A stretch of DNA of 64,000 bases from Dimorphilus gyrociliatus (Eukaryota > Animalia > Annelida). Below, in pieces: positions 26,057 to 38,860 of this stretch (the stretch's first letter is position 1; the number at the start of each line of letters is the position of its first letter). The notes under the pieces are model-generated. The model was not told the origin of the DNA, searched no databases, and saw only the letters and a program-made list of their open reading frames with translations. The stretch is from the NCBI GenBank assembly GCA_904063045.1, contig CAJFCJ010000083.1:12681-76680 (forward strand), read 5' to 3'. The translations under genes and the position numbers were made by a program.

Positions 26057-27400
26057 GGGGTGAAACCATAGCCAGATGAAACCATACCTGAGTGAAACTG
26101 TGCCCATGGCGGGTGAAACCATACCTATTAGAAACCTAGTTATCTTATATTATTAAATGATAATAATTAAACCAAAAACAATAAAAAGATTGCTAAAAAA
26201 TAAAAAGACAGCCATTTTAAAATTGAAGAAAACTTTGACTTTGGAAAGAGGCTACTTAGAAAGTCAAAACATATTTCCTGAATATTTTTGGACAAAGCTT
26301 ATCTTAGAGGATTGAAAAGAGGTAAATTCATATGGAATTTAATCTAGTTCAATGTTGTATTAAGATTTTCATTATGCATCTTATCTTCATTTGGAAAATA
26401 CTGAATTTATTTGATAAAGAATGTTCAGCCATTTTGAATAAATGCTAATGATAATCGTTGTTTTAGAATAGAGTTTTGATAATTGTTTCTTAGATAGCAT
26501 TATTTGTGGTGAATATTTTCAGTTATTATTTAAATATGGAAGTTAAATGTAAAAATTGCAAGCTTGTTGTACATAGAAGACAGACAAGGAAATCCTGTGT
26601 GCTTTGCAATCAAATTATTCATCAAAAATGTATATTAAGTATGATTCTATAATCCATATGATTATTATAATTATTCAGCTATTTCATTCAGATTCTAAGG
26701 TGTCAGTTTGTCTGGATTGTGAAACGAGAAAGTGCCTCCTTCAAACAATCAGACCTGATGATCCAGGCATAGAAACTTGTGATGTGGATGAAAAACTGAA
26801 AAATTCAATTGAACATTAACATCAACATGCAGAAAGTCTAAGTGCCTTCAATGATAGTCATTCAAATGAACCAGAGTTTGATAATGATGAAAATTGTGAC
26901 AGCTGTAACATGAATGAAAAAGAAATGGAAGAATATATAAATTAGGATGTCACACATGTAAATCTGAATGAAGATTCAAATGTGAATGACAATTTTCAAA
27001 TAATTAAAGGTGGAAGTCAGTTGAAAAAGGTATTCTAATCAATGATGCATTTTCATTCACATTGGAGGCTAAAACTTCTAAAAGCAACATCTGGGTGTGT
27101 AGTAAAAGGACCAAAAAACAAAGGTGTCCTGCAAGAATACGCCAGCAGAACAAAACATGTAAATGGGAAAGTTATAACACATTCATGGTAAAAATGACCA
27201 TCTAACCACTGACATCAGAATTAGAAAAGATTTAAAAGAAATGTGTAAAAGTGACACAAGTTCAAGTGGAAAGCTATTAGCTGAAACAATTTGTTTAGAG
27301 CACAGCAATCTAACAGATTGTCTGCCAAATGTTGATTATCTGAAATTTACTTTGTTGTATTGTAATTGTTGGAATTTCTGCTTCTTCAGAACAGTATTTG
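26057..27400 (+). mobile_element. Probable MULE 5' remnant: subterminal GGTGAAACCAT repeats, PHD-like Cys cluster and FLYWCH-like finger
   Basis: Four TGAAAC(C)AT motifs at 26057-26126. CKNC...CVLCNQIIHQKC at ~26545-26625. WVCSKRTKKQRCPAR at ~27090-27140. Multiple stops and frameshifts. Confidence 0.55.
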
Positions 27401-27451
27401 TCCGCTTCAATTATTTATCAATTCAGCAAAGTACTCAAACAAATAGAACAT

Positions 27452-27735
27452 TTTAAGTTCATCCACAATCAGTATTAACAAATGTAATTTTGAAAGAAAT
27501 TAAACAACAAAACACCAGTATTTCATCCAAAGCTTATGTATTGAGTAAATGAGTTTCTAGTTCTAAACAAGTAAGTTTAAACGGCCAGCTAATGGTTAAA
27601 GAACTGAACTAATGAGCTGGGGAAATGTATTTCCTTTTATACATTTCCCAAAGCTTGGGTTCAATTGGTCAAAGGATTAGGAGGGCAAAATATAGCAGTC
27701 TCATAATCTACAAGTAACAAAAATATCAAAGACTA
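27452..27735 (-). repeat. ~280-bp dispersed repeat with a conserved hairpin (copy 1)
   Basis: Inverted homolog of 43452-43734. Contains GGGAAATGTAT-ttcctttt-ATACATTTCCC. Confidence 0.85.
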
Positions 27736-28275
27736 ATCTTTTCTATGTTCTTTGTTCCTTTGTTAATTGCATAGTGGCTCCATCTAATATGGGCAAAGAA
27801 TCTATTTCCTATGAAATAGAGTTCTTTCTAAAATTCCCAAGTCTTATTCTACAAAATAAAAGTCTTTATAAAGTTCTACCATTATAATTGCCACAAAATA
27901 GAAGTTATTCTAAAGTTCATTTATATCTAAAGTCTAAATATCAATATGTCATTATATGTAAGTGTACAGATATCCCACCCTTTTAAGACCTTGCTTCAAC
28001 AAAAGGTCTGAGACTGATCACAATGACTCTGTTACCTTCCTTTGGAAATGTTGGATAGTTTTGAAGAGGTATTGCTTCTTGATCAATTTCTAAGGTTGAG
28101 TATGTTGGTACCTGTAGTTCCTCTTGTTGAATTTCTGGAGCTGTGGTTTGGGCTTTTCTTTTTTCTAAATATTTCCAAAGTGTTTCATTGCTGATTTTCA
28201 TTCTGATTGATCTGGCAGCAGCTGTTTGAAATGTACAACCATCCTTTGTATAATAGATAAAAGTTTTGGTTTCAG

Positions 28276-28785
28276 ATGATTGTGGATTGTGGTTCCTTTC
28301 AGCATCCAGTGGATTCTTTTTATTTTGAAAAGATACTGTGTTTGGTCACATTCCCCATATCTTACATCCTCTTTTGTTATGCTTCTTGGATATTTGCAGA
28401 TTTTCTTATCAATCAGAAATTTTTGGAAAATTTACACTTGTATCGAAATTCTATTTATGACGTTGAAAGTTTTTGTCAGAAAATATCTTGTATCACATAT
28501 TTGAAAAAGCTGACAAGAACATTTGATATTCTCACTGAATGCATAATTAAATTTATTGTATTACAAAAAAATTTGATAAAATTAAGATTGAAGTTAACTG
28601 ATCCTGACATTTCTTTGGAAAATACTTTCATTGAAGATGACTTTTATCCAAATAACTTTATTGAAAATGACGATGATAATGATTTGTCTTCAATAAATGG
28701 CTCATCTATAAGTGATGGTGAAAATAATGAAATATCTACTAGCTCTTCTTCACAAATTGATAGTTTTGAAAATGAAATGAAATAA
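28276..28785 (+). CDS. Uncharacterised ORF with weak LRR-like segment and acidic tail
   Basis: 169-aa ORF; LENLHLYRNSI...LKKL...LIKLRL resembles RI-like LRR strands. D/E-rich C-terminus. Confidence 0.3.
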   Translation: MIVDCGSFQHPVDSFYFEKILCLVTFPISYILFCYASWIFADFLINQKFLENLHLYRNSIYDVESFCQKISCITYLKKLTRTFDILTECIIKFIVLQKNLIKLRLKLTDPDISLENTFIEDDFYPNNFIENDDDNDLSSINGSSISDGENNEISTSSSSQIDSFENEMK

Positions 28786-28859
28786 AATCTCCTTAGTCTA
28801 GTAAATTATTAATTGCTTGACTTGACCTTGATAGGCTTATTGTTTCTATTCTGCAGATT

Positions 28860-29340
28860 ATCTATGTATTCACAAGTATTTCAACATTCCAAATACTTCA
28901 TCAATTGTTACAGGAATGTCAAAATTGAGTACACTATAAAATATTCCTTCAGTAGAGCCTTTATCAATATCATTTGCTTGAATCTGCTCACAAGAAATTC
29001 AATTTCCATCATAAAATATACATTCAGTTCCTCCAACATAATTGATGTCAAACAATTAATTGACACTCTAAACTGAGATTTAACAAAAATGCCATAAAAT
29101 AGATTATCATCCAAAACAATTGATGTGATATTATAGTCATATGACATTTTCTTATTGATTATACAGACTGCATTTTCAGATGTAACACTTCGAAATCAAT
29201 ATTTCTATTAGGAAAATAGAACAATGAAAATGAGAGGTGATAAGTTGAATGTATACCTAAATTCAACAATATTTGAATCTTCAAAATGGAATGCTACTCT
29301 TTCACTCTTCACATTTGATATAGACACTTCAGATGAGTTT
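28860..29340 (-). pseudogene. Degenerate cadherin-like repeat fragment
   Basis: IQANDIDKGSTEGIFYSVLNFDIPVTIDEVFGML resembles the cadherin A.D.D.G.N..I.Y....F.ID...G pattern. Interrupted by stops. Confidence 0.35.
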
Positions 29341-32231
29341 GATATAAAAATTCCAGTATCTATCAAAAGTTTAGTTAGTTACGTTTTCTAAAGGGCTTGG
29401 GTCAGGGCTCTTTGCCGTGAAATTAATTGGGTTTAAGCCCTCTTAGTAGCCCTAACTGTGTGACAACCTGAACCAATTCCTGCCCACTTTTTCTGAGTGA
29501 GATTTCTTTAATAACAGGAAGAATATTTTCAATTATCAAACAAGAATAATTTTCTTCTTTTAGTTTTTTTCTTTAGCCTCCAAACCTTTTTTTACATGTC
29601 AAAGCATATATATCTTTTAAGTATTTTATTTATTCTATTGACCTAATTTGTGTCTATAAAGACAACAAAATATTTTAATTTCTTAATTTTGAGTACTTTG
29701 TTTTAAAAGAATATACTGCTGAAACTGGAGTGATTGATTATAGCAAAAAAGCTGATTCACTTCCTGAACTGAAAAATTTACAATGCCTTAAGCATTAAAT
29801 TTTGATCTAAATTTTTACCAGATGTAAAGCAGCCTTTTTACTAACTATTTTCAATATATTCATTCATAAAAATTCATGATCATGTTTAACAAGTTCCTCT
29901 AATCCTAACTCAGCCCTAAGCTGTATCTAACCTTTGCAACTTTACTTTTTTCTTTAAATATATTTTATCTTTTCAAAATTTTTCTCCATGACATTCTTTT
30001 CATAGATTAGTATTTACTTTCTTTCCAATTTGGGATATTCATTTCATGGGACATCCTTTCCTAAGGGCAACTATTCTTTACCCAATCTCTCTCCTATGAA
30101 TTGTGTTTTAAAAGTTAGAGAGTTAGAGAATGTCAAGAGGATTTAATGGAAAAGTATACCCAGAGATAATTCATGAAATTAGGATTAGGGTTAGGGTAAA
30201 CCAAAGTTTTCTGCACGTTTTCCATGACAGTCATGAATTTAGTATTAATCATAGAACTGTATTATTGTTTTCCTAATAAGCTACAAACATTAATTTTGGC
30301 TGCTGGCCAATAGTATAAAAAGGTCAAACTTGACAATTGTTGACTTTTGGACAAGTTCCAACTTCTCACCTTCAATGGTTGAGTTGAATTTTTATTAAAA
30401 TTGTTACATCTTATAAAAGAAGTTGACCACTTAAATTTATCTGACCTACTTACTCAGGATGAATATCAATATCAGACACCTCCTCTTGAAAGATTTTTAG
30501 AATTTACTGAATTGTATGTCTATGTATCTGCAATTGGTGAAAATGATTCGCAAGGTGAGTAGTAAAAACAGGTGTAATTAATTAAAAAATAATTGACAAA
30601 CATGTATGAAATTTATGGAAGGAAGTGGAAAGAATTTGAACTCTTACATTACTGAAGCAAAATTGGATAATGTTCAATTATCCAGTAATGATTTTACTTT
30701 ATTAACTGATAGTGTCCACTATCTCACAGACACAAATGGAATATTGAACTTTAATTCAAACAACAAAATTGTATTAACAACTCAACTTTTTTAAAATTAG
30801 CATCTGATGGTTCAGCCTATAAAACTGGAATTCGAGTGAAAGTAACAAATTATCTATACAGCAATGTTATTGAGGTGAAAACATCTGAAAATTTTCTAGA
30901 TTGATTTTATTGCGGATTCAAGACAATGCCATATTGATTTGCATAAAAAATTTCTTTTCCCATTAAATTTTTAATAGAATCTATTTTGATTGAAATTTCA
31001 CTGTTCCACCTTATTGTTCTAAAAACTTGAAAATTCTGACCTATTCAATTCCACAGACACCTAATAACTTAAAATAAAAAGACATTCTTACAATGAATTT
31101 TCAATTGTTCATGATCAATATAAATCTGAACTTTTTCAATTTCTCTTCTCCCATTCAAAAACTTTATGTATTTTATTTATTTTTTAACAAAGAACAGCAG
31201 TTTCTTTGTAAAAAAAAATGATATAAAATTAGTTAGTATTTAGAGTGGTGAATAATAATCACCCAAAGAAATGTCTAAAAAATTTTCCATTCTGTACATC
31301 TAACTCACAATTTTATCCCCAAATTCTCCTATACTTTTCAAATTCAAATTGCAATAAAGCCAAGGAAACTACCCAATCCTGCCTAGCTACTATCACTTGT
31401 TGGGAAAATAAATAGAGATTGTAAATTGCTGATTTTACCCTAACCCTAACTCAGGGCTGGGCTGTACCTAACCTTTTCCAATAGCCCTAACAACTTTTAT
31501 AGAAAAATGTTACACTAATGTTTTTGTATTAATTTCTCTTTACTACAAGATTTTGGATGTGCCAATTCATCAAATTTGATATTTTCAAATCAACAATTAA
31601 AGTAGGCAAAGATCTAATAGCTATAATAAATGTTCTATTTATGTGAGTACTTTGGCAAATCAGTAAATGATTGGAAAGGATACTGTTGTGAAAATCCTGA
31701 AATTCCTGCAATTACAATACAACAATTACACTTATTAATGTAAATTTTTTTAAAGAAATTAAAAATAATAAATTAATTTCAGTCTACAGTTTTCTCAAAA
31801 GTGTTTTATAATTAACTGAAGTGCACATCTATGTTTGGTTAAATGTTGTTGACTTAGTATAGAGCTATTATTGGCAGAATTCTACTACAGATGTCGTTAC
31901 ACCACCTAACAACAGTGCCTAACAACATGAGATCTTTACTACTTGCCTCTATCAGAACAAGCTGTTAGAATGTAAGTTTTCTAAACTATTCATTATTAAT
32001 GTATGCATTATTTTAAGTACCATTTAATTAATAATTGTGAATTTGTGCAAATGATCAACTATACAATATGGATAAATAGAACATTTAAAAAAAAAATAGG
32101 TTAAATTATTGTATTTCACAATAGGCTATTTCATGAGATAAAAATAGATTTTATAGAAAAAATCACAATACCAAGATCAAAAAGCTAAAAATTTTCTTTT
32201 TAAAAAGCTGAAATATATTGATCTCTTTCAG

Positions 32232-33419
32232 AATGAAAATATGGAAAATGGATTCAAAACAATATGTGATAGACTCAAATCTTCTTCAAACTCTCTGAAA
32301 CATATTGATCTTTCTTACTGTAAATTAAATGATGAACAAGCTAAATTTTTGGGAGAAACATTAAAAAAGTGTTCAACACTTGAAGATATTAATTTATCTG
32401 GGAATGACAACACGGGGAATGGATTTAAAGTAATATGTGATGGATTGAAATCTTCTTCAAACTCTTTGAAAAAAATTGATCTTAGTGGCTGTGCATTAAA
32501 TGATGAACAAGCTAAATATTTGGGAGAAACATTAAAAAAGTGTTCAACCCTTGAAAATATTAATTTATCTGGGAATGACAACACGGGGAATGGATTTAAA
32601 GAAATATGTGATGGATTGAAATCTTTTTCAAACTCTTTGAAACATATTGATTTTTCTTACTGTTCATTAAATGACGAACAAGCCAAATGGCTTGGAGGCT
32701 CATTTAAAGAGTGTTTAACACTTGAACATATTGATTTATCTTGGAATGATAACATGGAAAATGGATTTAATGTAATATGTGATGGACTCAAATATTCAAA
32801 CTATTTAAAAAAAATTGATCTTTCCATCTGTGAATTAAATGATGAACAAGCCAAATGGCTTGGAGAAACATTCAAAGTGTGTTCAACACTTGAAGATATT
32901 CTTTTGTCTGGGAATGATAACATGAGAAATGGATTTGAAGTAATATGTAATGGACTCAGGTCTTCTTCAAAGTGTTTGAAAAGAATTAACCTTAGCGGTT
33001 GTGTATTAAATGATGAACAAGCTAAATGTTTAGGAGAAACATTTAAGGAGTGTTCCACACTGGAAGGTATTTTTTTGTCTGGGAATTATGAAATGGGAAA
33101 TGGATTTAAACTAACATGTGATGGACTCAAACTGTCTTTAAACTGTTTGAAAAAAATTGATCTTTCCATCTGTAAATTAAATGATGAACAAACTAAATAT
33201 CTTTGTGAAACAATTAAAAAATGTTCAACTCTTGAAGATATTGATTTGTCTGGGAATTCTAACATGGGAAATGAATTCAAAGTAATCAGTTATATACTAA
33301 AATCTTCTTCAAACTGTTTGAAAAGAGTTAGCCTTGTTGGCTGTGAACTAAATGATGAGCAAGCTAAATATATTAGAGAAACAGTAAAAGAAGTTTCTAA
33401 TAATGTATTTTTTTTTTAA
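32232..33419 (+). CDS. Ribonuclease-inhibitor-type LRR tandem array (NLR-like C-terminal exon): alternating 28/29-aa LRRs forming ~7 x 171-bp units
   Basis: Repeated LKHIDLSYCKLNDEQAK.LGETLK.CST and LE.I.LSGN.N.GNGF..IC.GL units. A splice acceptor TTTCAG at 32226-32231 precedes the frame. No NACHT exon recognised upstream. Confidence 0.9.
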   Translation, partial: NENMENGFKTICDRLKSSSNSLKHIDLSYCKLNDEQAKFLGETLKKCSTLEDINLSGNDNTGNGFKVICDGLKSSSNSLKKIDLSGCALNDEQAKYLGETLKKCSTLENINLSGNDNTGNGFKEICDGLKSFSNSLKHIDFSYCSLNDEQAKWLGGSFKECLTLEHIDLSWNDNMENGFNVICDGLKYSNYLKKIDLSICELNDEQAKWLGETFKVCSTLEDILLSGNDNMRNGFEVICNGLRSSSKCLKRINLSGCVLNDEQAKCLGETFKECSTLEGIFLSGNYEMGNGFKLTCDGLKLSLNCLKKIDLSICKLNDEQTKYLCETIKKCSTLEDIDLSGNSNMGNEFKVISYILKSSSNCLKRVSLVGCELNDEQAKYIRETVKEVSNNVFFF

Positions 33420-33577
33420 AATATGATATAAAGATATTTTGTTTATTTGCTTATTGATTTAACAGACTTTCTTGAGTTTATTATTCTAAAGGTTTGGATT
33501 TAAGAGGCAAATCTCAAAGCATAAAAATCCTGACTTTTTCAAGTAAAAATAAAACCTCTAGTTCTAACAAAGCAAGT

Positions 33578-33790
33578 TTAAACAATCAGCCAACAATTGG
33601 AGTTGAATATGGCTTTATATGATTTTTTCTTTCTTTGGCTCATAAAAGCATAAACTAGAGGAACTTGCTTATAATTTCCATTTTTCTTTATGAATGCATG
33701 AATAATGAAAAGCTGTTGAAATGGTTCTGAAATCACTTTGAAAGTTCCATCCATAAATAATATTTTAGCATGTTTCAACAAATCATTTTG
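33578..33790 (-). mobile_element. MULE transposase catalytic-core fragment
   Basis: LFMDGTFK...PFQQLFIIH...VPLVYAFM..K...Y..IF. Confidence 0.85.
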
Positions 33791-34498
33791 ATGATTATTA
33801 GCAAAAATAATATATCTGCATCAGCCTTTTTAATATCTTTTATTAACAAATTTTCAGGAACAAAAATCATTTCAAGGAATGAAAAATTTCAGAGAAAACT
33901 GGTACAAATAATACTAATAATACATTTGATAACTAAAGAAAACAGCACAGAGAAAATTATTTCAGATTACTAATAGTTATGCCTAGAACATTTTTACTTA
34001 TCCCAGGACGTATTCTTTCCATACTCTCATAATTTAATGGCATCAACAGAAAAAACGTCCACAAAAATAGAGAGAAAAACATACAGTTTAGGCTGAAAAT
34101 TGTTCTAAGAATATATAACTGATTGTCTTGCTGCCCTTGTTCAATTTACTCTTTGGAACATTTCCTCAATATAATAGTTACCCAGCTTCCAGTAGGATGG
34201 ACTAATGGGTTGTTGTAGATGATACATTACAACTTCCTTGAATGTGCCATACTACTCATTAGTAGAATGTGTTGAAGTTAGTTCTTAAATACACTGGGAA
34301 TTTTAAAGCCTTGTTTCAATTTCTTGCAAGTTCAATTCATAGATATCCACTGTAATTGTCTTTGTTGTTGTGACTCTATGCTACAAAATGCTTGGTCAGA
34401 TATATAGAATTGTTATTAGTGCTATCCCACACAGTCTGTTTGAAATGTTTGTTTGGGTGAAAAGTTCACCATCCTCTTGCGCCATTCCCCTCTAGAAC

Positions 34499-34760
34499 TC
34501 ATTTTTGGAAAGTTCTTTTTGACATCATCTCCAGCAGTAAATTTTGTTCTATTTTAATTGCAGTTTCTAGCTTTTTTCTATCTTGCAGTTCCCCACACAA
34601 CTTCTTTGGCACAGTGCCAAGCATTGAATAAATACTATAATGATGTAATAAGGCAACATTACTACGTTGGACTTGAACTTCGTTGCACAATGGAAAATAA
34701 GATGGGTTCATAGTAAATGTTGTTGAAGATATTTGAATTGTCTAATCACACCAATTGCAG
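34499..34760 (-). mobile_element. Possible highly degenerate LTR-retrotransposon integrase remnant
   Basis: PSYFPLCNEVQVQRSN weakly resembles PYHPQ.NG.VER.N, followed by Y....S.LG..P..L.G. Confidence 0.3.
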
Positions 34761-35799
34761 AATTGTTACCTGTCCTTATTGGGGAAAATAAGGTAATTTA
34801 TTTATATATTACTTTCTAAGCTTAAGTGTCTGATGAGAGAGAGTTTGTGAGAAGAGGCCCAGGAATAATATCATTACTTATCTTAAGTTTAATAATGTAT
34901 CATCAAGAAAGAATTCATTGGCCGTTTGCCAAAAAATGAGAATTTTCCTAACCCTAGAAATGCACAATATGCTATATTAACATTGTTATCATTTGCAAAA
35001 TGCATTGCAAAAGGTTTTGAAACAGTAGAACAGTGAAAGGAAGTCTTCCCTCTAGCTAAGTTTATACATTGTATTTTAATAATACAATAATCTAGCAATT
35101 GAAAATGAACAGAAATAGTGTTTAATATAAAATTAATCTATAAACTATACTGACAAAGCAGAAGGAAAGGAGCAAAACATTTCCATATTGACCTATTTGT
35201 GATCAATTAATTTGAATTATATTCTACTGGATTTGCATACTGGAGAAAAATGGTTGTTGAATTAGAAACATAACTTTACAGAATAGTTGGTTATTTTATG
35301 TCAAACAATTATATTTCAAATAACATCAGAAGAAAAAGTATGTTGACATGAATTGACAAAAATTTTTTACCCAACTCACTTGTCTCTGCCTAACCTTACC
35401 AGTTTTCTAGAGGTAGGATGGCAATATTTAATCTTGTGTGAATTGGTTTGTAACTTAGTTTGTTTTACGCTCATTGTAGGTAATTTCTTCCAAATTAACT
35501 TGTAAAGTATGAATGACTGGTTCTACTTGGATAAAGGAGGTTGTTCATTGTAAGAAGTAAAGAATTATGAATATTTATAAATGTTTTGTAGCTGGATGAA
35601 CATAACAGAATTTTTCAAGTGATCTAAAAGTGAATTTATTTTAATATTTCACTTGTTTCATTGGAGCCTTTTTTAAATTGCTTTTAAGTTCTATTTCATT
35701 CTCTATTTCACAGTTGAATTTAGCAATCTGAGTTGGGAGAAAACATCTGCAAATGAAATTACTAAAGAATACAATGAAAACGTTTGCTTTTATGGAAAT

Positions 35800-36168
35800 T
35801 TGATACAAAACATTAAAGTTGGTAGTAAAATAATTTGCAAGGATGACAAAATCTTTGACAATGATAATGAAAGCTGGGAAATGATTGAACAACTTCCAAT
35901 CACAATTAGATTCCCTTGGCCCACTTCCAATACAAATAAATTTCAATTTAGAGTTAACATTATTGGAGAAGAGATGATCTGCTATTCTGCAATAGGAGGT
36001 GAATTCTTCACCTGCAAACTGACTCTTTCATCTCCCACCAATTGTCAATATAATTGTAATTGTGGTGATAAATATTGTCAAGCCTTCTATGTGAATATGA
36101 TGATTGATAAGAGAGCAATTATGAACATTTGCAATTGGAATTTTCTCATCTCTGCATTTCTAGATTAA
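35800..36168 (+). CDS. Cys-rich protein or exon of the RFPWP family (fold uncertain, possibly discoidin/FTP-like)
   Basis: IRFPWP...CKLTL...CQYNCNCGDKYC, paralogous to 25405-25722 and 41990-42290. Confidence 0.55.
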   Translation: MIQNIKVGSKIICKDDKIFDNDNESWEMIEQLPITIRFPWPTSNTNKFQFRVNIIGEEMICYSAIGGEFFTCKLTLSSPTNCQYNCNCGDKYCQAFYVNMMIDKRAIMNICNWNFLISAFLD

Positions 36169-36399
36169 AGATTCACACCCAATACCTTGAATATTTATTG
36201 CAAAGATTTGAAAATTTCTTTCTGATTGTTGTTGTTTTTTTTTAAACAATAGACTGGTTCCTATTCAAAGCAAAAATCTTAACTTTAACCATTATCAATA
36301 TATTTGTATTGCTTTTGCTGTTGGATCAGTTTTTTTCAACAAATCCGACTCTTACTTTCAGTTTTAATTTTAAATCTGTTCAATTTAAATTCGTTATTG

Positions 36400-37800
36400 G
36401 GAAATGACGTAACGGAAGCAGATGTTGCGTATAGTTTTTCTAAACGTACAAAGATTTGTGTCGATTACTCGTGCAGAGGAAAACTTATTGCTAAAGTTAA
36501 TGGAATATTGGCAACAGCTACTTGTTATAATTCGGATAAATTTGGTTCTGACGACGACGATGATGATCATAATGGTGATAATGATGATGACGATGAAAAT
36601 GATAACATTTGGAGAGTTGCAAATGTAATTTGTCACAGAATGGGATATGATTATTTCTATAGTTTTGAATACGATTCTGCTCATTATATATATATAGTCA
36701 TATTATTTTACGTTCCCCAACACCACCGATGATGGAAATTTATTGAAAATATGCAAAGATGGATTCTTTCTGGATAGGAGAAATTTTCTGAAAGAATCTG
36801 AAAATTGTAGTACTCAACAACTAAAAGAAACAGTCATTCATTCATTCATTCATTCATTCAATCAATCACTCCAACTGTCTTTCCTTAAAGATAATGTGCA
36901 AGAGTTTTGGATATCAGAATGGATTTTTGCTTTTCAACATGGATAACAGTAATTCGGTTAAAGCGTTCATTTTTTCTATACACTGTCCAAAGAACGCTAG
37001 TCATCTTGATCACTGCAACTATGAGAATATTTTCCATCCAAAATTACATTCACTATCTGTCTATTCAGATGGATAGGAAGGGGAGGAGCTAAATGTATGA
37101 CGTTTCTTACTTTTGTCGGAAATTTAGTAGAATGTTTGAAACGCTGCTCTTCATCGACAGACAAAGAACAGAGAAAAATTGAACAATTTAGCCTATAAAA
37201 AGGCGTTTATTCTGAACGGAAATAGATACATTGCTGGTATGGTGTTGATTTGTTTCCCTCTCTAGTGTATGGATATCGTATTGAAAGTAACAAAGTTTGC
37301 GATGGAAAATACGATTGTCTTCTGAAGGATGATGAGCACAACTGCAGTGAGTTGTCTTTCTGTCATTTTAATCGAATGCTCTATTACTCTAAAATCTTGT
37401 AGAATGGTTTAGGCCTATAGGGCATTTTCGCTGTAAAACTAGCTCTGTTCATATTCCTTTGAACAAAGTCTGCATTTCATAAAATATTAAATATTTTGAC
37501 TACAAAGTGCCAAAGACGTCAGTGTCCTCTAAATGATAACGAAGATGAGAGAATATGTCTGAAAGACTTTCTCTCTCCAGTTGGATGTCTGTGCCCTTCG
37601 CAGTTTGATATCACTTGTACTAAAGAGTTTGACGAGATGACAAGAAAATTCAAGTATCAAGCGATTAAAATGGCCGACTGTAAACCAGAGAAAACTTTAT
37701 TCTTTGCTTGTGGTGAACTGCTAAGTACCGTTATCCTAAAAAGTAGGTCATTCCTTTTCTCTCTCTCACTCTCTCTCTCTCTCTCTCTCATTCCCTCAAT
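36400..37800 (+). CDS. Receptor-family paralog E (SRCR-like x2, LDLa x2, start of LRR cap), apparently truncated
   Basis: VANVICHRMGY with a poly-Asp insert. MCKSFGY...IHCP...LDHC. KVCDGKYDCLLKDDEHNC at ~37290-37345. GCLCPSQFDITC. No LRR or 7TM exons seen downstream. Confidence 0.6.
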
Positions 37801-37879
37801 AAAAATATTCTAGTTCAAGAATTTTCCAAAACTTGTGAACGACTTGGAATTGTTGTTCAAAATTTTCCAATGGCTACCA

Positions 37880-38040
37880 TTACGTTGACTTTTAGATGGT
37901 GTTAATTTAACTGAAAATCAATCAACAAATATTGGAAAAGTATTGAAAAATTGTCCTAAAATACAATCAGTAAATCTAAGTGGTAATAAAGAGATGAATA
38001 ATGGATTATCAAAGATTTGTGATGGATTATCCCTATCTGA
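37880..38040 (+). pseudogene. Isolated RI-like LRR fragment related to the 32.2-33.4 kb array
   Basis: LRLDGVNLTENQSTNIGKVLKNCPKIQSVNLSGNKEMNNGLSKICDGL. Confidence 0.7.
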
Positions 38041-38304
38041 ACGTCTCAGTGTCCAGTTCACGCTTGCTTAGAATATATTAATAAGATTGTAGAGTGTTGA
38101 GGAATTTTAGAGGACAGCACTAGAATTGTTAACTTTCACAACGTGTCGAATATTAAAATATGCAAAACAGTTTAATTTCAAACATGTCTATGATTGATAT
38201 GGTTGATAGAATCTATTGAAAGCTAATTTTCCAAAGAAATGATGGAACCAAAATTAATTACACCATATCTCTCTGGTTCGTTGCTCATTTCACATAATCG
38301 CCCA

Positions 38305-38860
38305 CTAAAAACATTTTTTAGGTATACCCTGCCTTGGGGGACCTATAGGACCAGGAATACCTTGCTGACCAGTAGCACCAGGTATGCCCTGGGGACCTAT
38401 AGGTCCAGGAAAACCTTGTGGACCTGTAGGACCAGGAATACCTTTTGGACCTGTAGGAGCAGTTATGCCTTGGCGACCTATAGGTCCAGGAGTACTGTGT
38501 AGACCCAGAGGGCTAGGAACACCTTGCTGACCATTGGCCCCATATATGCCCGGGGGACCTATAGATCCTTTAGTGTTAGGTTCCATACATTCTTTTCCTG
38601 AATAGCCAGGATTGCAGACGCAGTGCCATAAATGGTGATTTCCAACACATGTACCTTTAAAGTAAATATTACAAAATGCATATTCAATTATTAGTCTCTT
38701 TCTTACCTTGATTATTGCATTCTGTTGAACTACACCACTCGTGAGGAGGAGCATGATGTTGAGAATTTGAAGATTGTGCATTTTCGCTAAAAACAATTGA
38801 CAATTGGTAAAGAAATAGAAAAATTGTAAAATATGTTTGAAAATTTCTCATCTTCAACAT
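38305..38860 (-). CDS. Secreted EGF plus short collagen (Gly-X-Y) protein
   Basis: Exon 1 38707-38860 (signal peptide, WCSSTECNNQ), a 52-nt intron 38655-38706, then GTCVG...CVCNPGYSGKEC completing an EGF domain, then ~25 partly interrupted Gly-X-Y triplets. Confidence 0.85.

Noticed and set aside
29400-31500. TTAGGG/CCCTAA runs as true telomere remnants or a chromosome fusion site
   Set aside because: The runs are only 1-3 units long and sit in contexts resembling the MITE family, not long perfect arrays.
32315-33280. Three similar minus-strand ORFs
   Set aside because: Antisense shadows of the LRR tandem repeat. The same applies to the shadow ORFs opposite the GPCR, CBM14 and collagen genes.
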